Notes under the pieces: model-generated
Told to the model about the DNA's origin: nothing
Database searches by the model: none
The model's input: only the letters and a program-made list of their open reading frames with translations
Translations under genes and position numbers: made by a program
Origin: a virus
Length of the DNA: 64,000 nt
IMG/VR virus record: IMGVR_UViG_3300027791_000007
Coordinates: 84,444-148,443 of that record
Direction: 5' to 3' (one strand)
Shown here: one piece after another, positions 56,960-64,000 of the stretch
Layout of the letters: every line of letters begins with the position of its first letter
How positions within the stretch are numbered: the first letter of the stretch is position 1

Positions 56960-57955
56960 CTAACCTTTGGCTATTCGCAGATTATTTGTTGTGATTGTAG
57001 CAGCAGAACCGTTAGGAAATTCTTGTGAACGATAATCGTTACCAACTTGTAATGTTTGGTAGTTACCAGCTCCATTTAATCGTGTATCTACGACAGCACT
57101 TCCCCTAGTGCTTCCACCAGAGCCTGCAAAGGTGTAAATTATCTTGTGAGAATTGGAGTTACTTCCACCACCAGCAGCGACATATTGAATAGCGTTTTTA
57201 AGTATTGCCTCAATGTCAACACCACTACCCTCTGCATATTCTCTTAAATTATTATCACCGTCAATGTACAAAAGATTTGTTGATGGATTAGTATCAACAG
57301 CATCTCTTTGATGTAAAAAATAACTTGTTATTGTAGTAGGTTGGTCTACTGTTTCTGGAATACCACCAGCAGCATATGCACCAACATTTGCCCTTGTATC
57401 TAAAAAGAAAGCTGCACCACTTGAAACTTGTGTATAGTTACTTGCGGCAGTTGCTGAAGTTGTAACGGTATAAGTTCCACCAGTTGTAGCACTCTCTGTT
57501 GCAGTAACTAGCAAGTCAATTGCTGGTTTACAGAATGTGTCTACCAAATCTTGTGCTGTCATTGATCGAATTGTTCCACCAGTATCCTCTTGGTATACTG
57601 GAAAAGCTTTACTATTGGTATCAGCAGTAAAGGTTGGTATAGTATATGCGAGATTAATTTTATCGTATGCCACTGTAACAGTGCCTGGTTCAGCAGTACT
57701 ACCTTCTGCAACAAAGTCAGCAGCGTCCGTTGCACCACTTTCGTTACCATCACTGGTTGAAGCAGCACCAGCCGTTTTTCTAGTATCATTCATGCCTGTC
57801 ATGTTTGCACCACTAGATGATACAACCGTTAGAACAGCAGATGGTGCTGTTGCGTATTGAAAGGCAGTTTGTGTTACCCATTCAGTAATTTCAGTGGAAG
57901 TCATCTCTTGTAGATTTCCACTACCATCATATTTTAAGGGTGTTCTTGCTGTCAT
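56960..57955 (-). CDS. Virion structural protein (tail/baseplate-associated)
   Basis: T/A/G/S-rich; internal repeats PLKYDG.GNLQEM, PVY....GTIRSM, LYIDGDNNLREY. Confidence 0.6.
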   Translation of the reverse strand: MTARTPLKYDGSGNLQEMTSTEITEWVTQTAFQYATAPSAVLTVVSSSGANMTGMNDTRKTAGAASTSDGNESGATDAADFVAEGSTAEPGTVTVAYDKINLAYTIPTFTADTNSKAFPVYQEDTGGTIRSMTAQDLVDTFCKPAIDLLVTATESATTGGTYTVTTSATAASNYTQVSSGAAFFLDTRANVGAYAAGGIPETVDQPTTITSYFLHQRDAVDTNPSTNLLYIDGDNNLREYAEGSGVDIEAILKNAIQYVAAGGGSNSNSHKIIYTFAGSGGSTRGSAVVDTRLNGAGNYQTLQVGNDYRSQEFPNGSAATITTNNLRIAKG

Positions 57956-57957
57956 AA

Positions 57958-59139
57958 TTAAGCTCCTGCGCCGTGTACCGTTTTTAGAGTTGATCCAGCA
58001 CTATTTTTAATTAACAGAGTTGACAATGTTTTTAGTTGTACCGAACCAACTGAATCATCTGCCATCATTGCCTCTGCTACTAAATCAACTGATCCAGTAG
58101 TTATTATTGTACCAGTATTATCTTGGAATGTCAAGGTTCTATTTGCAGTGGGTTCATTAAAAGTTATTGTACTTGAAAATTTAGTGTTTGCAGCTGTATC
58201 ATTTGTTTCACGAAAAACGATATTACCTTGTGTAGTAATATTTCCCACAGAGGTTACTGAATTAAAATCTGTGTTCTGTCCGAATGTACCATCTTCTAGT
58301 TCTATACCTTCATCATTTGCAAAGGTAAATTCTAGTTCATTTGTACCATTAACTCTATTTGCATTTTCTACTATAATTCTTGATTTCTTTTCTACATTAT
58401 CAAACTTCGTAAATGGAAATTCTTGTTCGGCAAAAATATCAGACGTTCCATCTTCCATAAGAATGTCGTCAAATTGTTCTCCAATTAAATATAATGCTCT
58501 ATCTTGTGTGGATCTTTCTGCTAAAAATCTATGAACTTTTTGTAACTGTCCATCTATACTTGGTAAAAATCTATATGAGAATACATCCTCTGTAGTATCT
58601 TCTAAGTTAATTTTATCGTCAGCATTAGCTGCAGTATCTTGAACAACATTATCACCAGCGTTTGCACTACCGTTAGTACTGTCTAACACAACTGAACCAA
58701 CAACTGCGATACCATTAACACCGTTATTAAAAGTTACAAGACCATCTGAAGCGATAGTCATTGAAGTATTAGCAGATGCCGAACCGATATTACCATCGTC
58801 AGCAACAATAAGATCTTGGCGTTGTAACTGAATCGTACCAGACAAGTCTGGAATTGTAACAGTTCTATCAGCAGTAGGGTTGGTGGCACGAATAGTTGTT
58901 TCAAATGCATCAGCAACAGAACCTTCAAAAATAAGGTCTGAACCGTTGATTTGGAAAGTAGACACAGCAAATGTACCAGTAACAGCAAGAGAACCGAAAG
59001 AACCAGTTGTTGCAGCTAAGGCCGTATAGTTAATCGTTCCTGCTTCTAGACTAGAAACGTCATTTCTTAATTTGTTAAATTCTACTCTAAATTGTTCTAG
59101 AGTATTATTTGTTCCGACTTGATTAGACGTTATTGCCAT
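57958..59139 (-). CDS. Tail fibre-like protein
   Basis: NTLEQFRVEFN N-terminus; PTADRTVTIPD and PTANRTLTFQD repeats. Confidence 0.65.
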   Translation of the reverse strand: MAITSNQVGTNNTLEQFRVEFNKLRNDVSSLEAGTINYTALAATTGSFGSLAVTGTFAVSTFQINGSDLIFEGSVADAFETTIRATNPTADRTVTIPDLSGTIQLQRQDLIVADDGNIGSASANTSMTIASDGLVTFNNGVNGIAVVGSVVLDSTNGSANAGDNVVQDTAANADDKINLEDTTEDVFSYRFLPSIDGQLQKVHRFLAERSTQDRALYLIGEQFDDILMEDGTSDIFAEQEFPFTKFDNVEKKSRIIVENANRVNGTNELEFTFANDEGIELEDGTFGQNTDFNSVTSVGNITTQGNIVFRETNDTAANTKFSSTITFNEPTANRTLTFQDNTGTIITTGSVDLVAEAMMADDSVGSVQLKTLSTLLIKNSAGSTLKTVHGAGA

Positions 59140-59371
59140 CTGCGTTTCCTACTAATTGTTTCAACATAGATTTTATCTCATGTATTTCGCACTTTAAAGT
59201 ATTTATCTCCCTTTGAGCATTGCGAAATTCATCTCTTTGTTGTTGTGCTTCATTTGATCTAGCGACTGCTTTATCATAAGCAGTCTTGTTAGTATTAATT
59301 ATAGCACCACTGTTGGGGTCTCTTGCAAGATTATTATATCCTTCTACTTTTTGATATGTTTGTTCACTCAT
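59123..59371 (-). CDS. Small coiled-coil protein following the VrlC-like gene
   Basis: KVEG..NLARDPNSGAIIN...EINTLKCEIHEIKSML. Confidence 0.65.
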   Translation of the reverse strand: MSEQTYQKVEGYNNLARDPNSGAIINTNKTAYDKAVARSNEAQQQRDEFRNAQREINTLKCEIHEIKSMLKQLVGNADGNNV

Positions 59372-59372
59372 T

Positions 59373-62300
59373 TTATGTTGCCAATGCTAATGCTCTAAAG
59401 TCTTTAAGTCTTGGTGGTTCAGCAGCATTTGTTCCTTGTATTACAACCTTAATTGCAAACTGAATAAATGATGGTAATGGTTCACCAATTCCATCGTCTG
59501 TTACACCAGCAGTATACTTATACTCTTGAAAGTCATCATCATCCAATGAAGCGCCCACAGTACTATCTGGTGAACCGTCTGTGTTAAAGAAGTCAAACGC
59601 TATTTCGTCAAAGTCAGAAGCATCATCTGTTCTCAATACTTTAAATAATACTTTAATTTCTGCACTAGAATGTCTGTGTGCCGCAAAGATAACTTTCAAT
59701 GCAGTAGCAGGATTTTCTAATGCAACTTTTTTAGTAATATAAATTGCAGCGTTCTGATCACCCTCTGGACTTGTCATAGGATTATAATCAGTAGTTGGGT
59801 GAACATCACTTGAACTGTCAATATTATTTATTGAGTTTGCAACACAAACTATTGATGCCCTATCTAAATCAACTACTGGTGATAAAGTATCTGTATCAGA
59901 AGTCATTCCTAAAGTTAGGAAAGTTGATTTAGTTGCATCCATTTCATTTGTCTCATTGACAGTTGATGCAATCATTCTAGTACTATCAAACTTAAAATTC
60001 TCATTTAAAGAAACTTGTTGTTCATTACCAGCAGCAGTTATTATGAAAGAACTTTCACTACCACTTGGACTTCTAGAAGAAGTTGTTCTTGAGTTTGCTA
60101 CAATCTTTGTTCTAGGTAATTCTAGTGTTGATACAACTGGTTTCATTAATTCAAATCTATAGTTTTCTGTTGCGAATACTGATACCCCACCAACATCAGC
60201 AGTTGTCGAGTCTCCATCAATTGCGGCGTTGGTTGATAAGGCGACAGTAAAAGTATTCAAACCTATATTTGCAATTGCAGTGTGTGTCTTATTAATTTCC
60301 GTTAATGGAACAGAGTGTATCATATATAATTCAATTACAACCCCAGCGTTATGTACAGTTGCAGTACCCTCTACACCCCTAGTGACAGAAGTTACATTTG
60401 TTCCACTTATTGAACCACTTAAAATCTCACTACCAATCTTCAAGAAAACTGTACCACTAGATGGGAAGTTTGATGAAGAAGCAAGAACCACTGTAGTATC
60501 TTCAGCCGTTAGAGCAGTATTCAATGTAGTTTCAATACCAGAGTCTACACCAGTTACAGTAACATTATTTGTAGATTGATACATACCATGATCTTGATGT
60601 TTTATTATTGCAATAGCAGAACTGTTTGTTAGTGTAATAGGATTTGGTTTTAATCTCTTGCTATCTAGTCCAGTGTTGTGTAAAGTTACATTTCCTTTAT
60701 TTGCAAAATCAAACTTTGCACGATACATAGTAAATTTAGCATCTTGCATAGGTGTAGGTGACCAAGCACGATTGTTTTGTGACTTGAATAATACACCCAG
60801 TGATGGTTGTTTAGATACAACTCTATTAGAACCAGAAACATCCAATTCACCCAATTGTGATATCCACATCAAGTAATCTAAACTTGCTGTTTGAACTACG
60901 AAACAATATTCTACACTTGGTTTAAGAAAAACTGGACTATCAAATGTAAATTGGGTTGCTGTTGTAGCATTATCAGATACATTTACCTCTGATGAATTTA
61001 ATACTTTTCTACCAAAGGGTAAAATCTTACCGCCTGGATAACCATTTACAACATTTCTAACTTCTATCCATACTGGTAAATCTGTATCTTTCTTTTGAAA
61101 ATATAAATCTATCTTAGTCAAGAAACATCCAGTGTCTTTTAAACCATCATGATTAATCATGATTGTCTGTGCAAGTGGATCACCACTGTTACCATCATCA
61201 CCTTCATCTGGTCTCATTGATCTACTGGTTGTAGTTGATGTAGAATTTCTACTTGTTGTTTGTGAAACGCCTTGTTGAACAACAATAGCATTTCTAGTTG
61301 CAATAATAGTTTCTTGTTCAGTTTCTAAAATACCTTTTGCACTGTAAATTGATTGTCCAGCAGTTATAGGTAGAGGAATTTTAGTATTCGTATCACTGGC
61401 AGTTAACCTAAATTCTAGTTCACCAGTTTTAAATCTTGGGTTAGAACCTTGTCCAGCAAATCTAGATTCTGGAATACCAAATGTTCCTTCTACAGAACCA
61501 ACGGCATCTGTAAATAATGGTGAACCAGCAATTGGTGTGACAGCTGTAGTAAAGTTTGTATTCTTTGGTGTAATAAATTTACTTACATCTACACCATCAA
61601 AGAAAGCATAAACTCTAGTCTTTGGTTTAAATGCTTTACCCTCAAACTCAACAGCGTTGGCTCTCAACCAAGGAATCATTGCCCTTGATATAACTTTAGT
61701 TCCTTGTGATTCTTCATCAATTTGTTCAACCACATTTGTAGTCAAACCAGTTCTTCTTAAATCTGTTCTTGTTGTTTGAATTGTTCTTGTAACATCAAAG
61801 TTATTGTTTCTCCAACCATCTGTTCTTGTAGCAACAACACCACTCCATTGAGTTTCCCATGAGTTCCAAATAGTTCCCAATGCATTTCCTACACCAGCAA
61901 GAATTGTATCATAGTTACCCTCAACATTAACGATTAATGGTGGAGTAAGTTCTGTTTCAAACCATTCGTCACCAGATGGCGAAAGAACAACTTGTCCTAC
62001 CCACTGATATACTAAGTGTGGTTGTACATTTTCAACTCTTGTTGCATATGGGTTATCTGTAAATGCAACACTAGTATAAGGAAGAGTAATTAAGTCACCA
62101 GTTTTTTGATAATTAGCGGCTGATCTTTCAGCGTCTGTAGATACTGATTCAGATAACTTTGCATTTCTCATAACACATTTAGGTCTCAATTCATTGTTTT
62201 CTTGATCTACTGCAATTTTATAATCTTGATGTTTTGCATCTCCAACTCTGTGTCCACCAAAGTTATCAACTACAAATCCAGACTTAAATCTATTCAATCC

Positions 62301-64000
62301 GTTTTTATCTGTAATCTCAAATGACTCTGCATCCCTTTCTAAAAGAGATAATGCAGTATAATATTCTACAGTTTCAAGTCTCTTCTTCAATCTACCAATA
62401 TCAGTCATGGTAAATCTCTGTGTCTTGTGTCGAACTATTATGGCATCTTCTGGTGTAAACGTATATGGATTTAATGTGATAGTTGCAAGTTTCAATGCAT
62501 TTTCTAATGGTTTTGGTTCTTGTGGTCTTTCAGCAGACACACCATTTTGTATTCTAAAACTACCTTGGTCATCTAAGAAAATCAAAGCCATCCTTCCAAG
62601 ATAATACTCAAAATCTATAGAGACATTACTAGCTGGTTTTGGTGTATCAATAGGTGATGCACCAGTTCCGTCATACTGTCTTGAAAAGAAATCAAATGAG
62701 TTACCAGTAATTTCATCTACAGCAGCAACTGATTCGGATGTTCCAGCAATATTTTCTACAGTAGGTCTAAAGTCAATTGAATCTGTTAATGGAAACAAAC
62801 CAGTTGGTTCTGGTTCATCTGGATCAACTCTTGTTGCAGTATAAGATGGAATATTTCCATAACCCATTTGAGCAGAAGCATCTGAATATGAATCTACACT
62901 GAAAAATTCGCCTGCACCGTGACCAAAGAAATCATATACTACAAGTAGTTTACCTCTTGGTGACGATACTCCTACTTTTCTTACAATTCTAGAAATATCA
63001 TAAAAGTTATCTCTCTGTCCAGTATCAAGAACATAGTTTGAAGTAATAACTTTATCACCAGCAGATATAGTTCCTACGGTTGCAGTAGCACCACTACTAT
63101 CTCCAGTAACAATTTCACCACTTGTAAAATCTGTTGCACCGACACCTTGTATTAGTACATATTGTATTGGTGAAGATGTACTTATATTTCTTGCGACAGC
63201 ACCACTAAGTTTACCTCTAATAATTTCACCCCTAGTAAAGTTTCCTACCGTTGCAGTAATTGTCATTTGTGGAGCAACAGCATCATCAGTAGTTTCTGAG
63301 TCATACACAGCAACTAATTTAAATGCATCGGCACGTCCTAGTGAAATTTCTTTATCACCCGGCCTTGTTCCAAATGCATCTGTTCCTCCAGTTACAACTT
63401 TAACTTGTTTCATTAAGTTAGTTGTTTTAATTCTTTGGTTAACATTTGATTTAAATATGGTTGCAGTAATTTTTACTTTTGCACCGTTACCTAAAACTGT
63501 ATTATCTGTAACTGTTATTGAAGCAGTTCCAGTTCCAGCAATGTTACCGTCAACACTTACTATTTGTCCTTGGACACCACTTCCAGCACCAGCAGTAAGA
63601 ATTGATAGTGTGTAATCTTTTTCGGCAAAAGCAGCAAAGGTTTCATTTGAACCAGCAGTAAATGACACAGCACCAGACGATGAACAAGTTCCTATAAACT
63701 GTCTACGAACTGTCAACGAGGTATCCGTTGCACCATTATTTGATGTGGTTAAAAGAGTTTTAATAACTCTCTTTGGTAGTTTAAATATTGAAATATTTTT
63801 TTCTGTATTTTGTAGAGTTGCAATCTTTTCAACTTCCAATGCAATTGTAGTTGAGTTATCTTCTTCTAGAACGATATTGTCGTTAGAGTCTGCACCATTA
63901 GCATCCGAAGCATTAAATACAATTTGTCCAGTTGAAATTTCTGATGGTATCAAAACAGCATCTGCTGTAAAATCTTGTCCAGCATCTGCATCATCCATGA
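59373..64000 (-). CDS. VrlC/DUF4815-like giant virion structural protein (probably continues beyond the right edge)
   Basis: DTGQRDNFYD, IDFRP, RFTMTDIGRL..R...EYYTALSLLE, RFKSGFVVDNF, DPLAQT, GVLFKSQN, PRLKDFRALAL. Confidence 0.88.
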   Translation of the reverse strand, partial: MDDADAGQDFTADAVLIPSEISTGQIVFNASDANGADSNDNIVLEEDNSTTIALEVEKIATLQNTEKNISIFKLPKRVIKTLLTTSNNGATDTSLTVRRQFIGTCSSSGAVSFTAGSNETFAAFAEKDYTLSILTAGAGSGVQGQIVSVDGNIAGTGTASITVTDNTVLGNGAKVKITATIFKSNVNQRIKTTNLMKQVKVVTGGTDAFGTRPGDKEISLGRADAFKLVAVYDSETTDDAVAPQMTITATVGNFTRGEIIRGKLSGAVARNISTSSPIQYVLIQGVGATDFTSGEIVTGDSSGATATVGTISAGDKVITSNYVLDTGQRDNFYDISRIVRKVGVSSPRGKLLVVYDFFGHGAGEFFSVDSYSDASAQMGYGNIPSYTATRVDPDEPEPTGLFPLTDSIDFRPTVENIAGTSESVAAVDEITGNSFDFFSRQYDGTGASPIDTPKPASNVSIDFEYYLGRMALIFLDDQGSFRIQNGVSAERPQEPKPLENALKLATITLNPYTFTPEDAIIVRHKTQRFTMTDIGRLKKRLETVEYYTALSLLERDAESFEITDKNGLNRFKSGFVVDNFGGHRVGDAKHQDYKIAVDQENNELRPKCVMRNAKLSESVSTDAERSAANYQKTGDLITLPYTSVAFTDNPYATRVENVQPHLVYQWVGQVVLSPSGDEWFETELTPPLIVNVEGNYDTILAGVGNALGTIWNSWETQWSGVVATRTDGWRNNNFDVTRTIQTTRTDLRRTGLTTNVVEQIDEESQGTKVISRAMIPWLRANAVEFEGKAFKPKTRVYAFFDGVDVSKFITPKNTNFTTAVTPIAGSPLFTDAVGSVEGTFGIPESRFAGQGSNPRFKTGELEFRLTASDTNTKIPLPITAGQSIYSAKGILETEQETIIATRNAIVVQQGVSQTTSRNSTSTTTSRSMRPDEGDDGNSGDPLAQTIMINHDGLKDTGCFLTKIDLYFQKKDTDLPVWIEVRNVVNGYPGGKILPFGRKVLNSSEVNVSDNATTATQFTFDSPVFLKPSVEYCFVVQTASLDYLMWISQLGELDVSGSNRVVSKQPSLGVLFKSQNNRAWSPTPMQDAKFTMYRAKFDFANKGNVTLHNTGLDSKRLKPNPITLTNSSAIAIIKHQDHGMYQSTNNVTVTGVDSGIETTLNTALTAEDTTVVLASSSNFPSSGTVFLKIGSEILSGSISGTNVTSVTRGVEGTATVHNAGVVIELYMIHSVPLTEINKTHTAIANIGLNTFTVALSTNAAIDGDSTTADVGGVSVFATENYRFELMKPVVSTLELPRTKIVANSRTTSSRSPSGSESSFIITAAGNEQQVSLNENFKFDSTRMIASTVNETNEMDATKSTFLTLGMTSDTDTLSPVVDLDRASIVCVANSINNIDSSSDVHPTTDYNPMTSPEGDQNAAIYITKKVALENPATALKVIFAAHRHSSAEIKVLFKVLRTDDASDFDEIAFDFFNTDGSPDSTVGASLDDDDFQEYKYTAGVTDDGIGEPLPSFIQFAIKVVIQGTNAAEPPRLKDFRALALAT

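Noticed and set aside
1128-62604. Dozens of plus-strand ORFs in the track (e.g. 7674-8033, 15679-16152, 30317-30808, 35871-36266, 58148-58534)
   Set aside because: They are antisense shadows of strong minus-strand genes, S/L/F-rich, with no motifs or RBS. Only 37388-37687 has a promoter and motif support.
1-64000. CRISPR array, integrase/att site, IS element, intron or intein
   Set aside because: No regularly spaced repeats or recombinase/transposase ORFs were seen. gp43, gp17, gp20, gp23, gp46 and uvsW are contiguous and of ordinary length.
1-64000. Alternative genetic code or stop-codon reassignment
   Set aside because: Core genes translate full-length in the standard code and TAA, TAG and TGA all serve as stops; the one broken gene is a frameshift, not an internal stop.

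Overview
This window is a 64 kb segment of a large, AT-rich T4-like (Kyanoviridae/pelagimyophage-type) marine myovirus, encoded almost entirely on the minus strand. Reading right to left it holds: a VrlC/DUF4815-type giant virion protein and tail-fibre-like genes; a putative late-expressed cluster of tailoring enzymes (2 glycosyltransferases, methyltransferase, hydroxylase, carbamoyltransferase, Asn-synthetase-like/GNAT fusion); a sigma70-promoter operon (small outer-membrane protein, TctC, TctA, hydroxylase, SDR); the neck/terminase/tail/head module (gp13-gp23, gp3); uvsY, uvsW, gp55, gp47/46; a VWA-peptidase/CobS-like AAA pair; a tRNA-Gly-like gene; gp45/44/62, regA; a RimK-RimB fusion; gp43; a DUF4338 gene; a coupled five-gene operon (GIY-YIG/ParB, T4-BGT-like, TAGT-like, Endo VII-like, Mom-like); a MazG-like dUTPase; and uvsX. 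The best candidates for undescribed systems are the DNA-modification-plus-nuclease operon (1172-5472), the late virion-tailoring cluster with a shared acidic repeat in virion proteins, the possibly capsid-packaged RimK-RimB fusion, and the TTT uptake operon. All calls come from motif recognition and gene order by eye; no searches were run.
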